A stretch of DNA of 64,000 nt. Origin: Candidatus Sumerlaeia bacterium. GTDB taxonomy: Bacteria; Sumerlaeota; Sumerlaeia; SLMS01; JANRJK01. The notes beneath the pieces are model-generated. The model did not search any database, had not been told where the DNA came from, and saw nothing but the letters and a program-made list of their open reading frames with translations. Of the stretch, positions 12,175 to 22,366 are shown piece by piece. Location: assembly GCA_033764015.1 (NCBI GenBank), contig JANRJK010000055.1:32001-96000 (forward strand), in the 5' to 3' direction. Made by a program: the position numbers and the translations under genes. Positions within the stretch are counted from its first letter, which is position 1, and each line of letters opens with the position of its first letter.

Positions 12175-12647
12175 TGAAGATCCATGAGCTGCCCGGCGAT
12201 CCGGGACGCCAGCAGAAGCCGAAGCGCGTCGGCCGCGGCGAAGGTTCCGGCCACGGCAAGACCTCCGGCTACGGCCACAAGGGCTCCAAGGCCCGCTCCG
12301 GCCGCGGCAAGGGTTACGCGGGCGCCTTCGAAGGCGGCCAGGTGCCCCTCGCGCGCCGCCTCCCCAAGCGCGGCTTCAAGAACCCGTTCCGCACCGAGTA
12401 CGAGGTCGTCAACCTCTCGAGCCTCGAGAAGGCCTTCAGCGCCGGCGCGGACATCACACTCGAGGACCTCGCCAAGGCCCGCCTCGTCCGCCGCAACCTC
12501 GCGGTCAAGGTGCTCGGCAACGGCAAGCTCTCGAAGGCCCTCACGGTCCACGCGCACGCCTTCAGCGGCGCGGCCAAGGAGGCCATCGAGAAGGCCGGCG
12601 GCTCCTGCGTCACCGAAGGGGACGCCCCCTCCGCCGACGACAAGTGA
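12174..12647 (+). CDS. rplO: 50S ribosomal protein L15
   Basis: RVGRGEGSGHGKT, FEGGQVPL, RLPKRGF, KVLGNG. Confidence 0.99.
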   Translation: MKIHELPGDPGRQQKPKRVGRGEGSGHGKTSGYGHKGSKARSGRGKGYAGAFEGGQVPLARRLPKRGFKNPFRTEYEVVNLSSLEKAFSAGADITLEDLAKARLVRRNLAVKVLGNGKLSKALTVHAHAFSGAAKEAIEKAGGSCVTEGDAPSADDK

Positions 12648-12775
12648 CATGACGCGGCACGCCGCGGGGGCTTGACCGGGCGCCGCCGGGAGGAATCCAC
12701 TCCCGGCGTCCCCGGGGAGCCCCCGCGGCGGACCTCTTTCCACCCACCAACTCCGATTCCGCAGGGCCCCGCCGA

Positions 12776-14200
12776 ATGTTCGAGAGTATCAGGAACGCGT
12801 TCTCCATCCCGGACCTCCGCAAGAAGCTGCTGTTCACGCTGTGGATGCTGGTCTTCTACCGCGTCGGCGCCCACGTGCCCACGCCCTTCATCGACACCAC
12901 CGCGCTGAACGACTACTTCAACAACCTCGCGCAGACCGGCGCGGGGAACGTTTTCGGCTTCGTGGACATGTTCACCGGCGGCGCCTTCAGCCAGATGACG
13001 GTGATGGCGCTCGGCGTCATGCCGTACATCAGCGCGTCGATCATCATGCAGGTCATGAACCTGGTGATCCCGCAGCTCCAGAAGATGTCGAAGGAAGGCG
13101 AAGCGGGCCGGCGCAAGATCAACCAGGTCACCCGCTACGGCGCGACCGCCCTCGCCGCCTTCCAGTCCGCCGGCCTCGGCCTCTGGATGCTCAACGAGGG
13201 CCTCGTCGTCTCCTTCATGGCGAACAACCCCTTCCTCTTCCTCCTCACCACCGTGATCTCGCTCACGACCGGCTGCACGATCCTCATGTGGGTCGGCGAG
13301 CGCATTACGGACCGCGGCATCGGCAACGGCATGTCGATCCTGATCGCCGCGTCGATCGTCGTCCGCTACTTCACCGACGCCGCCATGGGCATCGGCCTCG
13401 TCCGCGCGGGCGAAAAGTCGGCCTTCATGCTCCTCATGATCGTCGCGCTCATGGTCGTCTCGACCATCGCCATCATCCTGGTGCAGGAGGGCGCCCGCAA
13501 GGTGCCGATCCAGCACGCGAAGCGCCAGGTCGGCGGCGGCAAGCGCGTCGAGATGGGCCAGATGAACTTCCTTCCGCTCAAGGTGAACACCGCGGGCGTG
13601 ATCCCCGTGATCTTCGCCAGCGCGCTCCTTTCGCTGCCCACGACGCTCTTTTCGTTCATCGGCGCCGGCGAGCAGGCCGGAGCGGGCTTCGCCGAGTGGT
13701 TCGCGATGCAGTCCCGGCACAACCTCTACAACTGGCTCGGCCTCGACGCGGGCGCCGCCTGGCGCCTCCTCACCGTGGTCAACCTGCACACGATCCTCTA
13801 CGTGGTCCTCACGATTTTCTTCTGCTTCTTCTACACCGCCGTGGTCTTCAACCCGCAGGAAGTGGCCGAGAACCTGAAGAAGGTCGGCGCCTACGTGCCA
13901 GGCTACCGCCCCGGCAAGGAGACCGCCGACTACATCGACTCGGTGATCTCGCGCATCACGCTGGTGGGCGCGGTCTTCCTCGTCGTGATCGCATTGATCC
14001 CGCAGGTGCTCTCGATCTCCTTCGGGGTCGCGTTCAACGTGGCGGAACTGACCGGCGGCACGGGCCTGATCATCGTGGTGAGCGTGGTGCTCGACACGAT
14101 GAAGCACATCGAGAGCCAGCTCCTCATGCGGCACTACGAAGGCTTCCGCATGAAGCGCGCGGGCGGCGGGGGCGGCGCGCGCCGGTGGTCGCAGCGCTAA
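12776..14200 (+). CDS. secY: Preprotein translocase SecY
   Basis: LGVMPYISASII, GIGNGMS, PLKVNTAGVIPVIFA, PGYRPG, GGTGLII. Confidence 0.99.
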   Translation: MFESIRNAFSIPDLRKKLLFTLWMLVFYRVGAHVPTPFIDTTALNDYFNNLAQTGAGNVFGFVDMFTGGAFSQMTVMALGVMPYISASIIMQVMNLVIPQLQKMSKEGEAGRRKINQVTRYGATALAAFQSAGLGLWMLNEGLVVSFMANNPFLFLLTTVISLTTGCTILMWVGERITDRGIGNGMSILIAASIVVRYFTDAAMGIGLVRAGEKSAFMLLMIVALMVVSTIAIILVQEGARKVPIQHAKRQVGGGKRVEMGQMNFLPLKVNTAGVIPVIFASALLSLPTTLFSFIGAGEQAGAGFAEWFAMQSRHNLYNWLGLDAGAAWRLLTVVNLHTILYVVLTIFFCFFYTAVVFNPQEVAENLKKVGAYVPGYRPGKETADYIDSVISRITLVGAVFLVVIALIPQVLSISFGVAFNVAELTGGTGLIIVVSVVLDTMKHIESQLLMRHYEGFRMKRAGGGGGARRWSQR

Positions 14201-14244
14201 CGCCATCCCCCGCGGCGCAGGAGGCCACGGTCGAGCACACGGCC

Positions 14245-14910
14245 ATGAACGTCATCCTCTTCGGCCCGCCCGGTTCCGGCAAGGGGACCCAGAGCAAGCT
14301 CCTCGTCGAGCGGGTGGGATTCACACACCTCTCGACCGGCGAGGCGCTCCGCAACGCGGTGGGCCAGCGCACGCGCCGCGGCCTCGAGGCCGAAGGCATC
14401 ATGGCCACCGGATCGCTCGTCCCCGACGCGCTCGTCACCGAAATCCTCGCGGACCTCATCGCGCACTACCGCCCCGACTCGGACTCGTTCCTCTTCGACG
14501 GCTACCCGCGCACGGTCTCGCAGGTCTCGCTCTTCGACGCACTCCTCAAGGAGTACCGCCTCGCGGAACCGAAGGTGGTGAACCTCTCGGTGCCGGAAGG
14601 GTACCTGGTGGCGCGGCTCAGCGGACGCTGGATGTGCACGCGCTGCAAGGCGACCTTCAACGTCCATTTCAAGCCCGTCGCCCAGGCCGGCGTCTGCGAC
14701 GCCTGCGGCGGGCAGCTCGTGCAGCGCCCCGACGACAAGCCGGAAACGGTCGTCGAGCGGCTCCGCGTGTACCGCGAGATGACCGCCCCGGTGTTCGACG
14801 AATACAAGCGGCGCGGCTGGATCGAAACGGTCGACGGCGTCGGCCGGCAGGAAACTGTGTACGGGCGCATTGTCGATGCGCTCGGCATCGCCACCCGGAA
14901 CCGGGGCTGA
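14245..14910 (+). CDS. adk: Adenylate kinase (Cys-containing LID)
   Basis: GPPGSGKGTQ, HLSTG, FDGYPR, CTRC...CDACGG, RPDD. Confidence 0.97.
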   Translation: MNVILFGPPGSGKGTQSKLLVERVGFTHLSTGEALRNAVGQRTRRGLEAEGIMATGSLVPDALVTEILADLIAHYRPDSDSFLFDGYPRTVSQVSLFDALLKEYRLAEPKVVNLSVPEGYLVARLSGRWMCTRCKATFNVHFKPVAQAGVCDACGGQLVQRPDDKPETVVERLRVYREMTAPVFDEYKRRGWIETVDGVGRQETVYGRIVDALGIATRNRG

Positions 14911-14921
14911 GGGGGGCCGCG

Positions 14922-15746
14922 ATGGGACACACGGAAAGCCATCCGCTCTACCTGAAGAGCGAGGCCGAAATCGCGGTGATGCGCCGCGCCGGGCAGCTCC
15001 TCCAGGGCATCGTCCTCGAGGTCGCCGCGGCGGCGCGGCCGGGCGTCACCGGCCTCGAACTCGACAAGCTGGCCAAGTCGCGCATCAAGGAGGCCGGGGC
15101 CCGCCCCGCCTTCCTCAACCTCTACGGCTTCCCCGCCACGCTCTGCCTCTCGATCAACGAGCAGGTGGTGCACGGCATCCCCTCCGCCCGCCGGCTGGAG
15201 GAGGGCGACATCGCGTCGATCGACTGCGGCCTGGTCCTCGAGGGGTTCTTCGCCGACACCGCGTACACGGTGGGCGTGGGCCGGGTGGGGGAGGGCGCGG
15301 CGAACCTGATGCGCGCGACCCGCGAGTCGCTCTACAAGGGCATCGCGCAGAGCGTAGCGGGGAACCGCACCGGCGACATCGGCCGGGCGGTGGAGCAGCA
15401 CGTGAAGGCGCACGGCTACCACGTGACCGAGGACTACACGGGGCACGGGGTGGGCAGGCACCTGCACGAGGATCCGAAGATCTACAACGACGGCAAGCGG
15501 CGGGGCGAGCGGTTGCGCCCCGGGATGGTCTTCGCCATCGAGCCGATGATCAACATCGGCACCTCGAAGACGCGCGAACTGAAGGACGGCTGGACCGTGG
15601 TGACCGCGGACGGCTCGCTTTCGGCGCACTTCGAGCACACGGTGGCGGTCACGGAGAACGGGCCGGAGGTGCTGACACTGGCCGACGGCGAGGAACTGCC
15701 GGAGGAGCTGCTGGCGGTGCTGGCGGCGGTTCCGGGTCGTGGCTGA
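14922..15746 (+). CDS. map: Methionine aminopeptidase type I
   Basis: SINEQVVHGIP, GDIASID, GHGVGRHLHE, AIEPM, SAHFEHT. Confidence 0.98.
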   Translation: MGHTESHPLYLKSEAEIAVMRRAGQLLQGIVLEVAAAARPGVTGLELDKLAKSRIKEAGARPAFLNLYGFPATLCLSINEQVVHGIPSARRLEEGDIASIDCGLVLEGFFADTAYTVGVGRVGEGAANLMRATRESLYKGIAQSVAGNRTGDIGRAVEQHVKAHGYHVTEDYTGHGVGRHLHEDPKIYNDGKRRGERLRPGMVFAIEPMINIGTSKTRELKDGWTVVTADGSLSAHFEHTVAVTENGPEVLTLADGEELPEELLAVLAAVPGRG

Positions 15747-15812
15747 GGTCCTGATAAACGGTTTTATGCCCCTGCGGCGTGATCGTTTTTCTGTCGGCGT
15801 CGGCAACTTTGC

Positions 15813-15845
15813 TTGACACAGGGATGACACGGGATCGACCTTACC
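15813..15845 (+). promoter_or_regulatory. Possible internal promoter for the infA-alpha operon
   Basis: Perfect TTGACA at 15813-15818 in an AT-richer spacer; the -10 box is unclear. Confidence 0.4.
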
Positions 15846-15918
15846 CCGCTTATTCGGCGGGCGGAGTCGCGTCCCGGAGCATCACGGAAAGGGACGCCGA
15901 GCGCGTTCGCGGGTTTTC

Positions 15919-16137
15919 ATGGCCAAGGAAAAAGGCATCGAGATCGAAGGGCAGGTCGTCGAAGCACTGCCGAACGCGATGTTCCGGGTGGAACTGAGCA
16001 ACGGCATGACGGTCCTGACGCATATCTCGGGGAAGATGCGGGTGCACTACATCCGCATCCTGCCCGGCGACAAGGTCACGGTGGAGCTTTCCCCCTACGA
16101 TCTGACCCGCGGACGGATCGTCTACCGCAACAAGTGA
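15919..16137 (+). CDS. infA: Translation initiation factor IF-1
   Basis: [30 protein letters not shown]. Confidence 0.99.
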   Translation: MAKEKGIEIEGQVVEALPNAMFRVELSNGMTVLTHISGKMRVHYIRILPGDKVTVELSPYDLTRGRIVYRNK

Positions 16138-16213
16138 CGGAGCGCCCCCGCGGGGGCGTCCGCAGCGCAAGGAAGCACAGGCGCCCCGCGCGCCAAGCCA
16201 GGAGTCGACGAAA

Positions 16214-16330
16214 ATGAAGGTACGTCCTTCCGTCAAGAAGATGTGCAGTCAATGCCGGGTGATCCGGCGCAAGGGCGTGATCCGCGTGATCTGCAAGGCG
16301 GACGCCCGCCACAAGCAGCGTCAAGGCTGA
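16214..16330 (+). CDS. rpmJ: 50S ribosomal protein L36, zinc-binding type
   Basis: Hand translation: [38 protein letters not shown]; too short for the ORF track. Confidence 0.98.
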   Translation: MKVRPSVKKMCSQCRVIRRKGVIRVICKADARHKQRQG

Positions 16331-16358
16331 TTTCCAGAGAGAAACGGAGTACCCCACA

Positions 16359-16742
16359 GTGGCACGCATCGCAGGCATCGACCTCCCCCGCGAAAAGCGC
16401 GTCGAGTACGCGCTGCCCTACATCTACGGCATCGGGCTGACGTTGAGCCGGAAGATCCTGAAGGAGGCGAAGATCTCCTTCGACACGCGCACGAAGGACC
16501 TCACCGAGGACGAGATCGGGCGCATCTCGGCGATCATCGCCGGCAACTACCGCGTCGAGGGCGACCTCCGGCGCGAGGTCGGGCAGAACATCAAGCGCCT
16601 GATGGACATCGGCTGCTACCGCGGCCTGCGCCACCGCAAGGGCCTCCCCTGCCGCGGACAGCGCACTAAGACGAACGCGCGCACCCGCAAGGGCAAGCGG
16701 CGCACCGTGGGACTCGGCCACAAGGCCGCCACGAAGACCTGA
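16359..16742 (+). CDS. rpsM: 30S ribosomal protein S13
   Basis: [32 protein letters not shown]. Confidence 0.99.
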   Translation: MARIAGIDLPREKRVEYALPYIYGIGLTLSRKILKEAKISFDTRTKDLTEDEIGRISAIIAGNYRVEGDLRREVGQNIKRLMDIGCYRGLRHRKGLPCRGQRTKTNARTRKGKRRTVGLGHKAATKT

Positions 16743-16786
16743 TCCGCGGAACCCGACCGGAACACCATCCCTGAGGAACGACTGCA

Positions 16787-17215
16787 ATGGCTAAGAAGGA
16801 AGCAACGCCCGCGAAGGGCGGACGCCGCGCCGGCTCCGCCGCCCGCACGCAGAAGAAGGCCCGCAAGAACATCGGGCAGGCCGTTGTGCACGTCCACGCG
16901 ACGTTCAACAACACAATAGTCACCATCACCGATCCGGCGGGCAACACGATCTCCTGGGCGTCGGCGGGCGCCGCCGGCTTCACCGGCTCGCGCAAGTCCA
17001 CCCCCTTCGCCGCCGGACAGGCCGCCGAGCGCGCCGCGAAGGCCGCCATGGAGCACGGCGTCCACTCCGCGACGATCGAAATCAACGGCCCCGGCTCCGG
17101 CCGCGACTCCGCCGTGCGCCAGCTCCAAGCCGCCGGCATCCGAGTGATCTCGATCCGCGACATCACCCCCGTCCCGCACAACGGCTGCCGCGCCCCCAAG
17201 CGCCGCCGCGTCTGA
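16787..17215 (+). CDS. rpsK: 30S ribosomal protein S11
   Basis: [24 protein letters not shown]. Confidence 0.99.
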   Translation: MAKKEATPAKGGRRAGSAARTQKKARKNIGQAVVHVHATFNNTIVTITDPAGNTISWASAGAAGFTGSRKSTPFAAGQAAERAAKAAMEHGVHSATIEINGPGSGRDSAVRQLQAAGIRVISIRDITPVPHNGCRAPKRRRV

Positions 17216-17267
17216 ACCGGCGGAGCGCCGACACCAACCGACCGAAGAAGAATCCAGGAGAACGTTT

Positions 17268-17897
17268 GTGGCTCGTTACATTGGCCCGGTCTGCCGGCTC
17301 TGCCGGCGCGAGGCGAAGAAGCTCTACCTCAAGGGGGACCGCTGCTACGGTCCGAAGTGCGCCATCGAGCGCCGCAACGTGCCGCCGGGCCAGCACGGCC
17401 AGACGCGCACCAAGCTCTCCACCTACGGCGTCCAGCTCCGCGAGAAGCAGCGCGCCAAGCGCATCTACGGCGTCCTCGAGCGCCCCTTCCGCCGCTACTT
17501 CGCACGCGCGGACCGCTACGTCGGCGTCACCGGCACGGTGCTCCTGCAGCTCCTCGAACGCCGCCTCGACAACATGGTCTACCGCATCGGCTTCGCCTCC
17601 AGCCGCCGTCAGGCGCGCCAGTTCACCCGCCACAACATGATCCTCGTGAACGGCCAGCGCGTCAACATCCCCTCCTACCAGGTGCGCGTCGGCGACAAGA
17701 TCGCCCTCTCGCCCTCCGCGCAGCAGCTCCGCATCATCCAGGAAAACCTCCAGATGAGCGAGCGCCGCGGACGCAAGGCGTGGATCGGCTACAACGCGGG
17801 CGAGTTCACCGCCACCTTCCAGCAGGTCCCGAGCCGCGAGGACCTCGGCGACATCGACGTGCGCGAGCAGCTCATCGTCGAACTCTACTCGAAGTAA
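17268..17897 (+). CDS. rpsD: 30S ribosomal protein S4 (four-Cys N-terminal type)
   Basis: ARYIGPVCRLCRRE, LREKQ, LERRLDN, IVELYSK. Confidence 0.99.
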   Translation: MARYIGPVCRLCRREAKKLYLKGDRCYGPKCAIERRNVPPGQHGQTRTKLSTYGVQLREKQRAKRIYGVLERPFRRYFARADRYVGVTGTVLLQLLERRLDNMVYRIGFASSRRQARQFTRHNMILVNGQRVNIPSYQVRVGDKIALSPSAQQLRIIQENLQMSERRGRKAWIGYNAGEFTATFQQVPSREDLGDIDVREQLIVELYSK

Positions 17898-18029
17898 ACG
17901 CTCCACCCCCGGAGACCGGATCCGATTCCGTTGGCGCCCGAACGGGCACGACCGGCGCAATCGGATCCGTCCGTTCCGTTTCGACCACTCAACCCTCTCC
18001 CGGTCACCGCAAGGAGCCCCGCCCCCGCT

Positions 18030-19058
18030 ATGGAACTGGAGCTTAAAGAACTTATCCGCCCCAACCGCGTGCAGCCCGATGTCCTCACCTCCTCGGACAC
18101 GTTCGGGCGATTCGTCGCGGAACCCTTCGAGCGCGGATTCGGCACCACGATCGGCAACTCCATCCGCCGCATCCTCCTCTCCTCGATCCAGGGCGCCGCA
18201 GCCACTTCCGTCCGCATCGACGGCGTGGACCACGAGTTCACCGGAGTCCCCGGCGCCGCCGAGGACGTGAACGACCTGATCCTGAATCTCAAACAGACCG
18301 TCTTCAAGATCGAAGGCGCCGAGAAGCAGGTGGTGCTCTACATCGAGAAGGACGGCCCCGGCGAGCTGAAGGCCGGCGACTTCGAACTTCCCGAGGGCAT
18401 CCGCGTCCTCAACCCCGAGCAGGTGCTCCTCACGCTCACCGGCGGCTCGACGGTCCGCATGGAAGTCACGGTCAGCGTCGGCCGCGGCTACGAGTCGGCC
18501 AGCTACGGCCCCATGGAAGGCAAGGAAGACATCGGCCCGATCCCCATCGACGCCAGCTTCTCGCCGATCGTGAACGTGAAGTACGCGGTCAGCGACGCGC
18601 GCGTCGGCCAGACGACCGACTACGACCGCCTCGTGCTCGAGGTCACCACCAACGGCTCCATCAGCCCCTCGGAGGCGGTCAGCTACGCCGCCAAGATCCT
18701 GCGCGACCACCTCGACCTCTTCATCCGTCCGGAAGAAGCGGGCGGCGCGGCGCGCGGCGCGGCCGGCGAGGAGGGCGCGGAAGGCGGCATGGGCACCATC
18801 GAGGAGCTCCAGGCGAAGCTGGACCGCTCCATCGAGGAACTCGAACTCTCGGTCCGCAGCTACAACTGCCTCGAGGCCGCCGGCATCAAGACGATCCGCG
18901 ACCTGGTCCAGAAGTCCGAAGGCGAGATGCTCAAGTACCGCAACTTCGGCCGCAAGTCGCTCTCGGAAATCAAGCAGATCCTCAAGGATATGGGGCTCGG
19001 CTTCAATATGCGCCTCGACGACCGCGGCATGCCCGTGCAGTCGGACGAGAAGCGCTGA
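18030..19058 (+). CDS. rpoA: RNA polymerase alpha subunit
   Basis: [38 protein letters not shown]. Confidence 0.99.
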   Translation: MELELKELIRPNRVQPDVLTSSDTFGRFVAEPFERGFGTTIGNSIRRILLSSIQGAAATSVRIDGVDHEFTGVPGAAEDVNDLILNLKQTVFKIEGAEKQVVLYIEKDGPGELKAGDFELPEGIRVLNPEQVLLTLTGGSTVRMEVTVSVGRGYESASYGPMEGKEDIGPIPIDASFSPIVNVKYAVSDARVGQTTDYDRLVLEVTTNGSISPSEAVSYAAKILRDHLDLFIRPEEAGGAARGAAGEEGAEGGMGTIEELQAKLDRSIEELELSVRSYNCLEAAGIKTIRDLVQKSEGEMLKYRNFGRKSLSEIKQILKDMGLGFNMRLDDRGMPVQSDEKR

Positions 19059-19092
19059 TCGACATCACCCGCATCAAAGGAAGAATCCACCC

Positions 19093-19512
19093 GTGCGCCA
19101 CCGCAACCACCGCCATCGCCTGAGCCGCCCCGTCGGCCCCCGCGAGGCCCTCATGAGGAACCTCGCAGTCGCCCTCGTCGAGCACGAGCGCATCCGCACC
19201 ACCGTCGCCAAGGCGAAGGCGCTGCGCCCCTTCATCGAGCGCCTCGTGACGCTCGGCCGCGAGGACTCGACGCACCGCCGCCGCCTCGTCTTCCAGAAGC
19301 TCCAGAAGAAGAACGCGGTGACGAAGCTGTTCGACACCCTCGGGCCGCGCAACGCGCAGCGCCCGGGCGGCTACACCCGCATCATTCTCGACAACCGCCG
19401 CCAAGGCGACGGCGCCGAGATGGCCTACATCGAGTTCGTCGAGAAGGCTCCGGAAGCGGCCGCCGCCGCCGCCGGGGACGCCGACGCGGCCAAGGGCGGG
19501 GCGGACGCCTGA
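19093..19512 (+). CDS. rplQ: 50S ribosomal protein L17
   Basis: [26 protein letters not shown]. Confidence 0.99.
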   Translation: MRHRNHRHRLSRPVGPREALMRNLAVALVEHERIRTTVAKAKALRPFIERLVTLGREDSTHRRRLVFQKLQKKNAVTKLFDTLGPRNAQRPGGYTRIILDNRRQGDGAEMAYIEFVEKAPEAAAAAAGDADAAKGGADA

Positions 19513-19557
19513 TCCGGCTGCCGCCCCCAGCGCGGGCGCCGGATGCGAACATCCTTG

Positions 19558-19613
19558 AATCCCCCGGGGCGCGCGGCGTATCCACGCCACCAACCCCGGG
19601 GGTTCTCTCTGTT
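19558..19613 (+). terminator. Terminator-like hairpin closing the alpha operon
   Basis: AATCCCCCGGGG ... CCCCGGGGGTT stem followed by CTCTCTGTT. Confidence 0.55.
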
Positions 19614-19625
19614 CGCGCGTGGCCA

Positions 19626-21413
19626 ATGCCCGGGCGCCCGAACGTTCCCATGATCGACACCCAACCCGTCACCGAGCTCTCCAACCCGCTCACGGAGCAG
19701 CTCGACACCGCTTCGCCCGAGGGCTTCGCCCGCCTGCTCCGCCAGGCGGACGCGCAGATCTTCGCGGGCTGGCGCGAGCACCCGTCGCTCGCGGACCGCG
19801 AATGCCTGCTCCAGATGGCCCGCTTCTCCGAGCGCCTCGCACGCGTCTTCGCGGCCAAGGACCAGGGAGCCGTGGTCCTCTCCGGCGCCGGCACCAGCGG
19901 ACGCCTCGCGGTGTTCCTCGCCAAGGAGCTCAACCGCCAGCTCCGCGTGTTCCGCCTCCCCGAGGTCTTCTCCGCCTGTGTCGCCGGCGGCGAGGCCGCC
20001 CTGATCCAACCCGTCGAGGGCGCGGAGGACCGCGCCGCCGCCGCCGTCGAGGAACTCAAGGCGCTCCTGCGCAAGGAGACCAAGGTGGGCCTCTTCGTCG
20101 GCATCTCCGCCGGACTCTCCGCGCCCTACATCGCCGCGCAGCTCGAGTCGCTCCGGCCGAACGCCGCCTGGGCCGCCTCCGTCCTCGGCTTCAACCCGCT
20201 CTCCCAGGCCCGCGCCACGCGCGCGGAGGCGGACCAGATCTCCTTCGCCGACGCCCTCGCGCCCTGGAGCGCGGAGCCCGATCGCTTCTTTCCCCTCACC
20301 CCCGTCTACGGCCCCGAGGCGCTCCGCGGCTCGACGCGCCTGAAGGGGGGCACCAGCACCAAGATGCTCCTCGAAGTCTGCTTCCAGCTCGCGCTCGAAC
20401 TGCGCGGCATCGACGAGGAGCGCCCCGCCCTTCCGGAGCCCGACGCGGACCCGGACCGCGAGGCGCTCGTGGACCGGCTCCGCATGATCCTCTCGGAGTA
20501 CCGCGAAGCGCTCGAATCAGCCTACGCCGATGTCTCCGCGGTGGGATCGCTGGTGAAGCTGGGCGGCAACGCGCTGCGCTCCGCCGGGCGCATCTACTAC
20601 CTCGCGCGCGGCACCGCGGGGCGCATGGCGATGCTCGACGCCGCCGAGTGCCCGCCCACCTTCGGCGCCGACCCGGGCGACGTCCGCGCCTTCCTCCAGG
20701 AGGGCTGGGGCTCGTGGCTCGAGGACGGGCGCGACCTCGCTACGCTCGGCAAGAACTACACGATCGACCTGGAGTCCTTCGAGGAGTCGTTCCTTCCCGA
20801 AGTGAGCCGCGGCGATCTGGTGGTGGTCCCCACCATCGGCCCCGTGGGCGACCGGCTCCGCGGGCTCCTCGAAGCCTGCCACGAGGCCCGCGCCAAGACC
20901 GCCGTCGTCTGGGTGAGCCCCCTCGCCCCCAAGCCCGACGAGCGCCCCGACAACATCGACCTGCTGCTGCACATCCACGTGCCGGCGCTCGGCTTCCGCC
21001 CCGGCTACTTCAACATGGCGGAGACCGCGCTCAAGCTGGTCCTGAACGCCCTCACCACCGGCGCCCACGCCATGTCCGGACGCATCTACGGCAACTCGAT
21101 GATCGACCTGCGGCTCTCGAACACCAAACTCTACGCGCGTTCGGTGAAGACGATCCAGACGCTGCTCGGCCTGCCGGCGGAGCAGCCCGCCGCCGAGGCG
21201 CTGCACCGCGCCGTGTTCCAGACGGACACGCCGACGCCGGAGCAGCTCGCCGCGCCGCCGATGGAAGTGGTGAAGCTGGCGGGGGAACGGCGCGGCATCG
21301 TTCCCCGGGCGCTGTTGATCGGAACCGGCAAGTTCACCTGCTCCGAAGCGGGGCGCGCGCTCGCGGACGATCCGGTGGTCCGCCGCGCCGTGATGCGCGC
21401 ATTGACCGGGTAG
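19626..21413 (+). CDS. Tandem SIS/MurQ-repeat protein, glucokinase regulatory protein (GKRP)-like
   Basis: TELSNPLTEQLD, SGAGTSGRL, AGG..VEGAED, GISAGLSAP, GPEALRGSTRLKGG; second repeat GRMAMLDAAECPPTFG, KLVLNALTTG, NSMIDLRLSNTKL. Start is 19626 or 19650. Confidence 0.88.
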   Translation: MPGRPNVPMIDTQPVTELSNPLTEQLDTASPEGFARLLRQADAQIFAGWREHPSLADRECLLQMARFSERLARVFAAKDQGAVVLSGAGTSGRLAVFLAKELNRQLRVFRLPEVFSACVAGGEAALIQPVEGAEDRAAAAVEELKALLRKETKVGLFVGISAGLSAPYIAAQLESLRPNAAWAASVLGFNPLSQARATRAEADQISFADALAPWSAEPDRFFPLTPVYGPEALRGSTRLKGGTSTKMLLEVCFQLALELRGIDEERPALPEPDADPDREALVDRLRMILSEYREALESAYADVSAVGSLVKLGGNALRSAGRIYYLARGTAGRMAMLDAAECPPTFGADPGDVRAFLQEGWGSWLEDGRDLATLGKNYTIDLESFEESFLPEVSRGDLVVVPTIGPVGDRLRGLLEACHEARAKTAVVWVSPLAPKPDERPDNIDLLLHIHVPALGFRPGYFNMAETALKLVLNALTTGAHAMSGRIYGNSMIDLRLSNTKLYARSVKTIQTLLGLPAEQPAAEALHRAVFQTDTPTPEQLAAPPMEVVKLAGERRGIVPRALLIGTGKFTCSEAGRALADDPVVRRAVMRALTG

Positions 21414-21501
21414 CGGGCGGGAGAGCGCTTTAGTGCGGATTGGGCTTGGCGTTACAGGGTCCGGTTGATGATGTGCTGACCTTGAGGTTAGCGAGGAGCA
21501 G

Positions 21502-22335
21502 ATGGGGCGCACCGGGACAAAGCAGGCCGAACGCGAGTCGATCGTGATCCTGATCGCCTTGGGGAAACCCGAGGAGGCCGTGCTGTTCGAGCAGCACCTG
21601 CACCGCGCGTTCCCAAACCAGGTCGAGATCTACCGCGCCTCCTCCGGCTTCGACGCCATGTCGCTCGCGATGAACCAGCCGGAAGTGGTGCTGCTCGACC
21701 AGCGCCTGCCGGACGTCATGGGCCTCGACATGATCGAGCCGATCCGCGAGCAGATCGGCGAGGAGAACCACCTGATCTTCGTCGGCGGCTCGGGGCGCGG
21801 CGGCATCCGCCCGGGCATGCGCGACGAGGCGCTCAAGCGCGGCGCCACCGCCCTCTTCGACCGGCCGATCAACGTCAAGATCTTCATCCGCACGCTCCGC
21901 AAGCTGCTCTTCCCCAAGCCCCCGGAGCACCCGCACATCAACGGCCTCGAGCTCCTCGACCTGCTCCAGGCCTACCACATGAAGCGCATCGACAAGACGA
22001 TCCGCATCTTCGCCCCGGACGGACGCGTCGGCTCGATCTACATCAACGCCGGCGAGATCTTCCACATCGAGGCGGGCGCAATGCAGGGCTTCCCCGCGAT
22101 GGTCGACCTCATGATGTGGGTCGAGGGCGACATCAAGACCTGGGACGCCTGCCTCTCCTCCGAGCAAACCAACCAGATGCCCACCATGAACCTCATCATG
22201 GACGCGGCCCGCATCATGGACGAGCAGGTCGGCTCGCAGGGCAGCGACTCCTCGGACGAACTCGACCTGCCCACTGAGATGAACATCCCCGTCTTCGACG
22301 AGATGGACGGCCGCGAAGAGTCCGCCCGCGGCTGA
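21502..22335 (+). CDS. Receiver-like domain fused to a DUF4388 (PatA-N-like) domain, acidic tail
   Basis: PEVVLLDQRLPDVMGLD; LLDLLQ...GSIYINAGEIFHIEAG...G...W.EG, TMNLIMDAARIMDE. Confidence 0.75.
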   Translation: MGRTGTKQAERESIVILIALGKPEEAVLFEQHLHRAFPNQVEIYRASSGFDAMSLAMNQPEVVLLDQRLPDVMGLDMIEPIREQIGEENHLIFVGGSGRGGIRPGMRDEALKRGATALFDRPINVKIFIRTLRKLLFPKPPEHPHINGLELLDLLQAYHMKRIDKTIRIFAPDGRVGSIYINAGEIFHIEAGAMQGFPAMVDLMMWVEGDIKTWDACLSSEQTNQMPTMNLIMDAARIMDEQVGSQGSDSSDELDLPTEMNIPVFDEMDGREESARG

Positions 22336-22366
22336 GCCTCCGCAGCAACCGAGAGGAGCAGCGCCG

